Origin: Nitrosopumilus sp.
GTDB taxonomy: Archaea > Thermoproteota > Nitrososphaeria > Nitrososphaerales > Nitrosopumilaceae
Length of the DNA: 64,000 nt
Assembly (NCBI GenBank): GCA_965207075.1
Contig: CBDBLO010000002.1
Coordinates: forward strand, 32,001 to 96,000
Direction: 5' to 3'
Positions 19,153-28,756 of the stretch are shown one piece after another (the first letter of the stretch is position 1; each line of letters opens with the position of its first letter). The notes under the pieces were generated by a model. It searched no databases and was not told where the DNA came from. It saw only the letters and a program-made list of their open reading frames with translations. The translations under genes and the position numbers were made by a program.

Positions 19153-22100
19153 CTATGGCAGTGCCGGAACGACCCTTGATACGGGTGCCGATACTGCCGT
19201 GTTTGCGCCAGAATCTGCGTCCAGCCTGAACTGGACGGATTTGCCTGCCAGCGTCGTGTCGGTTAGAGCTACCACCGCGTCAGATATGTCACCCGCTGCG
19301 GTGCTTGCAGGGCCAACGTCGGTCCATGTCTCGCCGTCGTTGGAAGACACCTGGAGCATTGCGCCTGCAGCCAATTTACCGTTGCCTGTTACAAACAGGT
19401 TGAGCCTATGATTATCAGCAGTCGTGTTGGTCCAGCCTGCGTTGCCGAAACTCACGTCTGTCAGGGTCAGCGCCGCAGGTATGCTTACGGTCCTGTTACC
19501 CGACTCTGCCACAGTACTGCCGGTAGTCTCAGTGGCTACCAGTTTGAACGCGGTCGTTGTTCCGGACAGCGAGACGTCGCTCAGGATTGCACTGTAGTCG
19601 ATGTTGCCGCCTGCAAGGGCGCCGGTAAAGGCGCCACCCACGTCATCAAACGCATTATCTTTCACCGCCTGCAGTTGCAGAGACGTGCCCGAAGCGCCCA
19701 GACCGGAGGCTCCCCTTACGTTTATCGCAAGTTCGCCACCGGCCGTCCAGTCACCGACTGGCGTGACGGTCGGCAGGGATGCGAGTACGTGCGGGATGCG
19801 CAGGGCCGTCGAGTTGGATGATGCGGCGTCGTTGGCGTAGTCATTGCCTCTGTCGGTGCCAGTCACCAGCCTGAACACGGTATGTCCGTACAGGGATATG
19901 TCCGTTATGGATACCGTGGCGCGTATGTCGCCGCCAGACAGTATCCGCAGTCCCGTAGCTGAGTATGGCACGACCGTCTCCCAGCCATCGCCGTCGTTTG
20001 CCTGCAGGTCAATCTCGGTAGCCTCGGAAATACCGCTGCTGAGTCCCGTCACCCTTACCTCAAAGTTCCCGCCGTTCCACTGGCCCGCATTGCTGCCGGC
20101 TGTGGCAACTTGCAGGTTGGCCAGTATCGGGGGGATAGGTCTGGACAGGGGGTTTGATGTGAAGATCGTACCCGGTGCCCCGGTGTCTTCCACCAGTACG
20201 AACTGTACGGTGGTGCCGGATAATGAGAGGTCGTCGGAGCCAAGCGTTACCGTGCCGTTTACCACACCATCACTGTAACCAGAAACGGTACCTACGGTTG
20301 TATCAGTGCCAAGTATGTTGACGTCGATGCTGTCGTCGATAGCCGGCACGATTGCCTGCCTGCTGCCCGTTATCTCCAGTGCAAGATTACCCCCGCCGTC
20401 CCACTCACCTACGGTGACGCCGTCCAGGGTGAGCAGCACGGGCATGCTAGCAGTCCAGCTGTTTGAAGCTGCAGTTACGCCAGCATAGGTGGTCGTCAGG
20501 ACAAACTGGGTTGATCCCTGTATGGCAGTATTCGTTATGTTGATACGCGCCTGGTTGTTGGCATCAAACTGTACAACTACGTTAAGCGCGGCAGTATCCA
20601 GCTCGCCGTCCTCGTCGAGTACCGACAAGGTAACGGCGCCAGACACGGACTCCGTACCTGCGACCCGTAGCGTAATGTAATCGTTAGTAGAGGCAGGGTC
20701 GTTATCAGTGTCAGCATCGATCCATGAGCCTATGGGGATCACGCTGGCAAGGAAGATGGCCGGCGGTATGTTTGCCGTGTCGCTGCCCGTGGTTGCACCG
20801 TCAGAAGACGTCGCCGTAAACGTGTGGGTGCCGGACACCGTAACGTTGGCAAAGGGTATCGTCCCGGATATCACGTTGTCGGTTACTGGAACGCCGTACT
20901 CGCCAAAGTTGGGAATGGTGTCTGACGTCACTGTGACGTCGCCGTCGGTGACGTTGACCGTGGTTCCGCTTATCGCCAGCTCGAGAACTCCGTTATCCCA
21001 GTCGCCTGGAACGACGTTTAGCGATATCGTAGCCTGTCTGGCATTTACGGTTACGGTCCTGGTCTCGGTTGCGGAGTTTCCTGCATTGTCCTCACAGGCG
21101 TACGTTATGGTGTAGGTGCCCGCCCTGGTGTTGTCGACGATGCCAGTCGTGGTCACGGGCAGTGTCCCGTCCCTGGCGTCGACACAGGTGGCTCCCGCGT
21201 CGGTCCACTGGCCGCCGGCAGTTATGGTGTCGGTGCCCGGGTTCACGGTAATCACTGGGTCGTCAGTATCAGGTGCGGCAGGATCGCCGACAGTTACGAC
21301 CCTGGTAGCGGTCGCCGTGTTTCCGGCAGCGTCAGTACAAGAGTACTCCAGCGTGTACGTGCCTGCCCGAGTAGTGTCAGGATCAGCCGACGTCTGGACT
21401 ACCTCAAGGGTGCCGTCCTCCGCGTCAGTACACGTGGCGCCGGCCTCCGTATAGGGGTCGCCCACGTTCAGCCCGACCTCTGGAGCCCCGTTGAGTCTGA
21501 TCACCGGATCACCCTTGATCAGGAACTGGCCGGCCAGCCTGTACCAGCTCTCACTCATGCGCTCATACTCGGACGGGCACTGGCCGGCCCTCGCCTCCGT
21601 AAGAAGGCCGCTGTCGACAAAGTTCGAAAATGCATGCACGTCGCTTCCATATATCCAGCACGCTACCTTGTGTAGCCTATGGGAAGCCAGCGGGTCGGAG
21701 CCTACAAGATGCGGTTCAGGAAGGGATACGTCGTTTTGGCCCAGGGACCACGCGCGCAGAGTCGAGGAAAGAACGTTGCCGGCCTGATCAGGCGGGATGT
21801 ATTCCAGTGCGATTACCGTGGCAAACTGATCCACCGCGTCCTCCTCGTTTCCCGTAACCGGCAGGTCATACACGTCAATCAGGGCACGTCCCAGCTCGGA
21901 CAGCATGACCCACGTAACGAAATCGCTGACGCCCCGGGACAGTTCCGCATTCGTACCGTAGTACGGCGCCAGCCGCCCTTCAAGGAACGTGACGAATTCG
22001 TAGCAGAGGACTATGCGCGCGTAATACGGATAATAAACCGCCTCGGGTTCGCCGCATTCATCCATTGTGAGATAGACGTCGTAGGGCAGGGCAAGCGTCT

Positions 22101-22773
22101 GGGTCAGGCGCCCCGTGAGATTCTCAAGAAACAACTGATCCTCATAATATGATTTCTGCGCCAGGTTGTGCTGGCTCGTCGCGGCGTAATAAACCGGGAC
22201 AAAGTCGCCCGAGTCGGTGACTGGCGCCACGATCCGCCCGCCCAGAGTCCCCCTCAGATCCACGATTTCTGCCTCCAACGCCGTTATTTTCAGCGAGAGG
22301 CCCTCTATGATACCTGTCAGACTCTCGATGATGCTGGCCAGTGCAGTGGCATCAGACGGCGGGGCTGTCTGGGCCTTGGGCGAGACCGTGACAATCTGCG
22401 AGGGTACCGAATTCCCGGCGTTATTGACGGCCAGCACGGCGAACTGGTACGTGGTGCCCGGCTCAAGGCCGCTTACGGTGTAGGAGGTGCCGGCGCGGCC
22501 GGTGTCGGAGACCAGTACGGTGAGTATGGACTCGGTCGCGGTGTTCCTGGAGAGTATCTTGTACCCGGTTATGGTGCTGTCGCCGGGGTTATCCCAGGTC
22601 AGCGTGACGGTGCTTGAGGTGGACGTGGCCGCAAGGTTTGAGGGGCGCGCGGGGTTTTCCAAACTTTGGGCATGCGCCGGGATTGCCAAGGCGGCGCCCG
22701 CAACGGCGCAGAATGCCACTGCCACCACCGCCGCCACCATGACCTTCCGCGCTGCACGCAACGCGCTTGTCAC
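19153..22773 (-). CDS. Chimeric secreted protein: FN3 + inactive DUF4344-like peptidase + two DUF5011-like Ig repeats + third S-layer variable cassette
   Basis: The N-terminal ~420 aa are paralogous to 17287..18624, with HELGH changed to SELGR. From GDPVIRL (~21510) onward it is homologous to the S-layer middle region. Confidence 0.85.
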   Translation of the reverse strand: MTSALRAARKVMVAAVVAVAFCAVAGAALAIPAHAQSLENPARPSNLAATSTSSTVTLTWDNPGDSTITGYKILSRNTATESILTVLVSDTGRAGTSYTVSGLEPGTTYQFAVLAVNNAGNSVPSQIVTVSPKAQTAPPSDATALASIIESLTGIIEGLSLKITALEAEIVDLRGTLGGRIVAPVTDSGDFVPVYYAATSQHNLAQKSYYEDQLFLENLTGRLTQTLALPYDVYLTMDECGEPEAVYYPYYARIVLCYEFVTFLEGRLAPYYGTNAELSRGVSDFVTWVMLSELGRALIDVYDLPVTGNEEDAVDQFATVIALEYIPPDQAGNVLSSTLRAWSLGQNDVSLPEPHLVGSDPLASHRLHKVACWIYGSDVHAFSNFVDSGLLTEARAGQCPSEYERMSESWYRLAGQFLIKGDPVIRLNGAPEVGLNVGDPYTEAGATCTDAEDGTLEVVQTSADPDTTRAGTYTLEYSCTDAAGNTATATRVVTVGDPAAPDTDDPVITVNPGTDTITAGGQWTDAGATCVDARDGTLPVTTTGIVDNTRAGTYTITYACEDNAGNSATETRTVTVNARQATISLNVVPGDWDNGVLELAISGTTVNVTDGDVTVTSDTIPNFGEYGVPVTDNVISGTIPFANVTVSGTHTFTATSSDGATTGSDTANIPPAIFLASVIPIGSWIDADTDNDPASTNDYITLRVAGTESVSGAVTLSVLDEDGELDTAALNVVVQFDANNQARINITNTAIQGSTQFVLTTTYAGVTAASNSWTASMPVLLTLDGVTVGEWDGGGNLALEITGSRQAIVPAIDDSIDVNILGTDTTVGTVSGYSDGVVNGTVTLGSDDLSLSGTTVQFVLVEDTGAPGTIFTSNPLSRPIPPILANLQVATAGSNAGQWNGGNFEVRVTGLSSGISEATEIDLQANDGDGWETVVPYSATGLRILSGGDIRATVSITDISLYGHTVFRLVTGTDRGNDYANDAASSNSTALRIPHVLASLPTVTPVGDWTAGGELAINVRGASGLGASGTSLQLQAVKDNAFDDVGGAFTGALAGGNIDYSAILSDVSLSGTTTAFKLVATETTGSTVAESGNRTVSIPAALTLTDVSFGNAGWTNTTADNHRLNLFVTGNGKLAAGAMLQVSSNDGETWTDVGPASTAAGDISDAVVALTDTTLAGKSVQFRLDADSGANTAVSAPVSRVVPALP

Positions 22774-23188
22774 TCAGTTATTGATATAAAAACATACATC
22801 GGCAGACCGGCGCCGGATTCGGATCCGCGGGACGTCGCGCCGATTTACGCGCCGGCCTCAGCTGGCAGATCATTTTTGCGCGCGCTCCAACCTTGCTCAA
22901 GATCTTTGGCCTGATTGGAGATGCTTCGGGCCTTGGGGGCTCACGTCCGGTACGAGCCGCCGTGGCCCGTCTGCATCCGGCTCCTCGCTGCCGGCCCGCC
23001 ATGCGGGCGGCCGTCACGGGTCCGACATGGCGCGATACCGTCGTGCGGGATCTGGAAGGCGGCACAAATCCTCCGATCCTGCGCGTTGCGCCGCACCGCA
23101 CGCGCGGCCGGGTCTGCCGCGATCAGGACGCGTCTGCGAAGGACCCAAGATCGCGCAGCATAATAACAAAGACGCGCATAACGAGGGC

Positions 23189-23575
23189 ATGAACCGCCGC
23201 GCCGACATAACCGTCTCCGGACTGGTGCAGGGCGTGGGCTTCCGACACATGGCAAGGGGCGCGGCCCGCCAATGCCTGCTCAGGGGCGAGGTCGAGAACC
23301 TGGAGGACGAGACCGTGCGCATAACCTGCGAGGGCGATGAGGGGGACATCGAAAGGTTTGTCGAGGCGGTGCGCAGCGCAGAAAAGCCAATCGGGGTCGA
23401 CGACGTCCAGGTAGAGTATTCCGAGCCCACGGGCAGGTTCAAGAACTTTAGGATAATAATCGGGGATCAGCTCACGGGGATGTCAGAGGGGATCGGCGTG
23501 AGCGCAGCATACCTTCGCATGGCGCTCGACAAGTGGGACCTTGCGCGGGACAGGCAGGACGGCGTAATCGGCTAG
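23189..23575 (+). CDS. acyP: Acylphosphatase with C-terminal extension
   Basis: VSGLVQGVGFR and GEVEN motifs; ATG at 23189. Confidence 0.8.
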   Translation: MNRRADITVSGLVQGVGFRHMARGAARQCLLRGEVENLEDETVRITCEGDEGDIERFVEAVRSAEKPIGVDDVQVEYSEPTGRFKNFRIIIGDQLTGMSEGIGVSAAYLRMALDKWDLARDRQDGVIG

Positions 23576-23771
23576 GTACGCTCCCCCCCCCCCACCTGCA
23601 TGCACGGCACGATGGTGCGCGGTTCCGGCGGCTGGAAGGCGGGATGGCAGGGACGGAGGCAGGATCCATAGGTGTCGCGCGGCGCGCCCCGCGCGGCGCG
23701 TTTGGCGGCCGCGCCTGCGGCATGGCAAACGGCCCACAATGTTTTAGAGCGCCGCGCCGTACAGGCGCGCG

Positions 23772-24512
23772 ATGGACCTCTTCCTGGACATCGAGACCGC
23801 GCCGGACATGACCGCATCGGAGTACGCGGACGCAGGCAGGCGCATGGAACAGGGCATACTCACGAAACAGTCGGATCCCGACACGTACTGGAAGGCGAAA
23901 AAGGGGGCCCTCAACGCGGTGGACGGCAAGGTCATACTGATTACATACCGGCTCGGCGAGCACGGCCCCGTGCGCCGCCTCGCGGAGTGGGAGTCGGACG
24001 AAAAAACCATACTCGCCGAATTCTACGGGATGCTCTCAAAGTTCCAGAGGATCAGGGGCTTCCGGATCATAGGGCACAACCTGACCCGGTTCGACCTGCC
24101 GTTCCTGTACGCCAGGATGCTGCACCACAACATAGACGGCGAACGCGAGGTATACCGCAGGCTGGTGGAGGGGGTGGTGGTATGCGACACGCTGCAGATG
24201 CATCTGCCGCTCAACGACTACGACATAGCGGGGCTCAGGCACGACACGCTGATGCACGCGTACGGGCTGCCCGTCAAGGGGACCTCCGGGGGCGACGAGA
24301 TACGGCACTACTTTGACGGCGAGTACGAAAGGATACTGGAGTACTCGGAGAGGGAGTTCCTGTACGCCGAGCTGTTCGCGCGCATGAGGGAGGGGGGCAT
24401 GGTATCAGCCGAGAGGCTGAAGGATGCTGTGGAGGAGATGCAAAAGAGGAGGCAGCAACAAAACGGGGGGGAGAACGGTGCGCAGGACGCGGACGGCGTA
24501 GCCGGCGCTTGA
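23772..24512 (+). CDS. DnaQ/PolB-type 3'-5' exonuclease-like protein
   Basis: LFLDIET (ExoI), GHNLTRFDLPFL (ExoII), YSERE (degenerate ExoIII). Confidence 0.7.
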   Translation: MDLFLDIETAPDMTASEYADAGRRMEQGILTKQSDPDTYWKAKKGALNAVDGKVILITYRLGEHGPVRRLAEWESDEKTILAEFYGMLSKFQRIRGFRIIGHNLTRFDLPFLYARMLHHNIDGEREVYRRLVEGVVVCDTLQMHLPLNDYDIAGLRHDTLMHAYGLPVKGTSGGDEIRHYFDGEYERILEYSEREFLYAELFARMREGGMVSAERLKDAVEEMQKRRQQQNGGENGAQDADGVAGA

Positions 24513-24620
24513 CGGCCGCGGCCTGCAATCGGAATACAGTACAGGCGGCGGAGGCGGAGGCGGTTACTGCCATGCGGGAGGCCGCAAAGACTTTTTTTGA
24601 CCGCATGCCGGCGCGGCCAC

Positions 24621-25499
24621 ATGTGGCGCACCCCGACTGGAACGCAGAAAAAGCCGTCTGATACGCACGCCGAGAACATCGCAAGGAACCCGGACGACTA
24701 CCGCGTGCTGGAGAGGGTCCCCCTGCGTTATGACGACGTCCCGATAAGGTTTGCAGAACCTCGCGATGACGACACCACCGTCGTTATCGTGGACTTTGAG
24801 ACCACGGGGCTCAGCCACGACGCGGATAAGGTCATAGAGATCGGCATGGTGCGGTGCCGTTACGACCCGGAGGGAAGGCTCGCCGGAATAGACGAGGCAC
24901 TCGACATGTTCGAGGATCCCGGCGAGCCCATATCCGACAACATAACCGAGCTGACCGGGATAACGGACGACATGGTGCGGGGCAAGCGCATCGACACGGA
25001 TAAAGTGCGCGACATGATCCGCGGCGATCCCGTAATGGCGGCCCACAACGCAAAGTTCGACCGCCCGTTCTTTGACCGCATCGTGCCAAACGACCACAGG
25101 TGGAAGTGCACCATGGAGGAGATACCGTGGTGGGATCTGGGGCACGGCACGCGGGGGCTGGGCGAGCTCCTGATGCGCGAGGGGTGGTTCTTTGACCACC
25201 ACAGGGCGCACGCGGACTGCCTTGCGACCGCGTGGCTGCTGAGCGTGGTGCCGGGCAGCCTGCACCTCATGCTGGAGCCGTCCGTAAGGGTGGTCGCCCA
25301 CGGCAACAGCTTTGACGTCAAGGACGAGCTAAAAGGCCGGGGATACAAGTGGAACCAGACGGAGAGGTACTGGTGGACCAGCACCAAGGATGGCGCGGAC
25401 GAGGAGCTGGAGTACCTGCGCAACCTGTACCCGGACGGCTACAAGGCCAAGGCGACGGAGATCGACCCGCGCACGGCGTACAGGCTGCCAGGTGGCTGA
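24621..25499 (+). CDS. DEDDh 3'-5' exonuclease (DNA pol III epsilon-like)
   Basis: IVDFETTG, AHNAKFD and HRAHAD motifs. The start position is uncertain. Confidence 0.85.
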   Translation: MWRTPTGTQKKPSDTHAENIARNPDDYRVLERVPLRYDDVPIRFAEPRDDDTTVVIVDFETTGLSHDADKVIEIGMVRCRYDPEGRLAGIDEALDMFEDPGEPISDNITELTGITDDMVRGKRIDTDKVRDMIRGDPVMAAHNAKFDRPFFDRIVPNDHRWKCTMEEIPWWDLGHGTRGLGELLMREGWFFDHHRAHADCLATAWLLSVVPGSLHLMLEPSVRVVAHGNSFDVKDELKGRGYKWNQTERYWWTSTKDGADEELEYLRNLYPDGYKAKATEIDPRTAYRLPGG

Positions 25500-26953
25500 C
25501 CCCGGGGACGTCCGGCGCACCCGTGGCCCGGGGATCACGCGCCAGCCCTGTCCCTTAATTCGCGCAACTTTGCAGCGGTATCGGCATTGTCGGCCTCGTG
25601 CTTGGATATATGATCCCTGTACGCGGAAATTTCGGCCCCAATATCGTCTATCTCCGACGCGTTTGCGGAGTTCGCCTCCCTGTGCAGAGGGGCGTTACAT
25701 AATCCCAGAAGGCGCTCTATCTCATGGTCATTGTGCCTCTGGCATTATTCCAACGCGCGTATGTCGCTGTCAATCCCTCGAATCATTTGACCGCTCCTCG
25801 TATGATTCCGCAAGGCGCCTTGCCATCTCGGCCAGTTCGGCGTGTCCCATCTTTTCTGCAAGGTCCCCGACCTTGCGGCACCTGTTGATTTCAAGGGCAT
25901 AGTTTGCCATGCCGTATGTCGCGTCGTTCGGCATAAAAATATTGCCGCAGGCAGTCGGTCGCGTACAGGCTGGCCATGCAGAGGGTCAAGAAGTGGTCCG
26001 AGGTGGGGTGGGGGACCACGAGCCGGAAAAGAGGGGCGGCAGGAAAAGGACGCGGGGCCAGAAGATCATTGGGGTGTACGCGGTCTTTGCCACCGACCTT
26101 GCCGCGGCGACCGTGCGGGGCCGCAGGCCGGCAGGCCGTCATGCGCGGCCAGAGAACAGCTCGCGCACCAGGAACACGTGCTCTAGAAGGGCACTGCCCA
26201 GCATCTTTTTGCCAAAGCCGGCCGAGTCCGGGATGTCCCGCACGTATGACGCGGCCCTGCGTCCGGGATCGGGCACGCCGCCTCCACGTATGCTTTTTAC
26301 CTGCTCCAGTATGTCATGCAACATGCGCGCCGCCTCGGACTTTGTAACCTCCCCGTCCAGACACCTGCGCACATGCACGGAGTATGCGCACAGCAACAGC
26401 AGCACGTCCGTGACGTGCTCGGTCTTTCTGTACCTGTGCTTTTTTGCCAGGTACGTCCCCTGAAAGTTGTTGTAGCGCTTGGCCTGCCTGTCAGTGACAC
26501 TGACTGCGGACTTTAGGTTCAGGAGCCCGAAAACGGAGCCGGTGACGCTTGCAATAATGTCAGGTATGCCATACCTCGGCTCGCGTGCAAAATGCTCCGT
26601 CTTGAAACCAGTCATGACCTCAAACGCGCCAAGTGACACTTCAAGATCCCGCCTTGTGGAGGATTTTAACAAAAGACCTAGGTCGTAGACCTGCTTTGCG
26701 ATCTCAGTCTGCTTAGAGGGCCGGAGCCCGATCGTCCCAAGCGCCAGGGTCGTAAGCTTGTCGCCCAGCAGGGAGCCCTTCGAGAGTATGCGCATGTCAT
26801 GGGCGGTCTCGAAGCCAAAGAGCTCGAACCCGGATCTCTTCAGCTCCGAGTCCGGGTGCACGTCCACATCGCAGAAAAAGTCCACCTTGACATACCTTCT
26901 CCCGCCCAGGCAGGAGTCGTAGTATACCCGGTACGAGACCAGGTTGTCAAGCG

Positions 26954-28430
26954 GGGGTTGGTACGGAATTCAAAAAATGTTCTAAATGGGGGTTGGTGCC
27001 AAATTCATTTTCCACCACTCGCAAGCGGCGGGCGTGCAGAAAGATATAAACGGTAATTTACCGTACAAATACTATGTTTACATACCGAAAGTACCGCGTG
27101 CGCGCGTTGCTGACCGCGGAGCAGAGGGGGGAGATCCAGCGCCTGCGCGACGGGCAGCGCCAGGCGTACAACTGGGCCGTCTCAAGGCTGAGGGAGGGGT
27201 GGTCCCGGAATGACGAGTACGGGCTCTACGGGGAGCTCACCGCGCAGAGGAGCAGGCACGACTGGCTCCGCGTCATCCCGGTTGTCATACAGCGCGCCGG
27301 AATCCGCGACGCGTTCACGGCCTCCAAGCTGTCGGCGCGGTACGGCCGCGGCGAGCCAAAGTACCGCTCCCGGAAGCGCGACCCGGGCGCGCTCAGGTGC
27401 CCGTCGGCTCCCCGCGTGGTGGATCCGTGCCGCATCAGACTCCCCGGCTTTGGCGCGGTACGCGCGCGCATCCCGGAGGAGATCATGGAATACGAGCCGC
27501 GCGCATATGAGTTCGTCCCGCACAAGGGCGGCTATCTGCTGTACGTGTCGTGCCGCGTCGCCGTGCAGGGGCAGCGGCCGCCGTCCGGCGGGCCGGGCGC
27601 CTCGCGCGTGACGGTCAAGGGCATCGACCGCGGTACGGTCGAGCCAACCGTCGTCGTCACGCTGAACCCGGACGGCAGCACGAGGAGCAAGGACTCGTAT
27701 GACACGGCGGCGCCCTTCCGCGACGACAGGGCCGGGCATCAGAGGAGGCAGTCCAGAATGAGCAGGAGGATGAACAGGCGCTCCGGGAGATACAGGCGGC
27801 TCCGCGCCAAGACGAGGGGGCAGCTGCGGAGAGTACGAAACCGCCGGACATACGCGGAGTGCGTGGCCGCAAAGCACGTCGTGGACGACTACAGCCCCCA
27901 CACCATAGTGCTCGAGAGCCTGAACCTGTCCGGGATGACCCGCCGCGGCGGCCCTTGCAAAAAGGGCATGAACCGCGAGATGCGCTTTGTCCGACACCAT
28001 GCAGTCGAGCAGCGCATCCGCAACCGCGCAGAGATGCGCGGGATCCGCGTAACCGCGACCAGCCCGCATTACACCTCGCAGACGTGCGCGCGCTGCGGCC
28101 GCGTGGACGCGAAATCCAGGGTCACGCGCGACATGTTCAAGTGCACAGGGTGCCATTACATTCAGCACGCGGACGTCAATGCCGCGTTGAACATCGGAAG
28201 GCAGGGACTGCCAACGCCTTCTGACGAGGACACGCCGGAGGCAGTCCCCGACGGAGGTTGGAACCCCTTCGTGAGACGCGAACTGGACGTGCGCCTCAAT
28301 TGTTTTGTCGAGGGCCCCGCGAGGGGGCGCGAGAACCAAGTGCCTGCACGTCACCTTGCCCACCTGGGCATGGAGAAAGAACGTCAAAGGACCAATGGGG
28401 CCCGCAAGGGCTGAATTTGGTACCAACCCC
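26954..28430 (+). mobile_element. Non-autonomous TnpB element with terminal inverted repeats and 9-bp TSD
   Basis: Left GGGGTTGGTACGGAATTCA (26954-26972) and right TGAATTTGGTACCAACCCC (28412-28430). TSD TGTCAAGCG at 26945-26953 and 28431-28439. Confidence 0.9.
27074..28414 (+). CDS. tnpB: TnpB RNA-guided endonuclease
   Basis: RuvC-I KGIDRG, RuvC-II IVLESL, Zn finger TSQTCARCG...FKCTGC and RuvC-III HADVNAALNI; the D-E-D triad is intact. Confidence 0.9.
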   Translation: MFTYRKYRVRALLTAEQRGEIQRLRDGQRQAYNWAVSRLREGWSRNDEYGLYGELTAQRSRHDWLRVIPVVIQRAGIRDAFTASKLSARYGRGEPKYRSRKRDPGALRCPSAPRVVDPCRIRLPGFGAVRARIPEEIMEYEPRAYEFVPHKGGYLLYVSCRVAVQGQRPPSGGPGASRVTVKGIDRGTVEPTVVVTLNPDGSTRSKDSYDTAAPFRDDRAGHQRRQSRMSRRMNRRSGRYRRLRAKTRGQLRRVRNRRTYAECVAAKHVVDDYSPHTIVLESLNLSGMTRRGGPCKKGMNREMRFVRHHAVEQRIRNRAEMRGIRVTATSPHYTSQTCARCGRVDAKSRVTRDMFKCTGCHYIQHADVNAALNIGRQGLPTPSDEDTPEAVPDGGWNPFVRRELDVRLNCFVEGPARGRENQVPARHLAHLGMEKERQRTNGARKG

Positions 28431-28756
28431 TGTCAAGCGGATACGGATTCCGTGGAACGTACTCCTCGCACAGGATTCCGGGCGGGGCGCCGCTTATGCC
28501 GCCCATGACGCCCCTTGTCTCGTCGACGGTCAGCCCTGTCAGAAGGTCAACGTCCACGCTCAGCCTCCTGGCCGCGCCGTCGGCCGTGTGGAACGGCATG
28601 CACATGCCCCCCCCCCTCGTGACGCAGTCCGCCCTCCGCGCTATGCGCGCGTGCACCTCAAAATCCATGATGAATTTTTCAATGGCCAGCTTGTCCCTGA
28701 ACCCGTACCGTTCCGATATGGACGAGATGCTGTCCTCCTCAAGCAGCGCGGAATAC

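Noticed and set aside
3050-21510. Diversity-generating retroelement as the source of cassette variation
   Set aside because: Differences are not adenine-specific, include many indels over ~1.9 kb, and no reverse transcriptase is in the window.
23583-23593. Poly-C tracts (also ~28607 and ~36397) as phase-variation switches
   Set aside because: They are intergenic or in frame in a GC-rich, slippage-prone genome, with no frameshift evidence.
25769-26142. Short minus-strand ORFs after AbiEii (e.g. MPNDATYGMANYALEINRC...)
   Set aside because: They are too short and motif-free to support a call.
26945-26953. Similarity of TSD TGTCAAGCG to TGTCAAG in the element-2 TIR
   Set aside because: Only 7 bp match, and the TSD is part of the AbiEii coding frame; likely coincidence.
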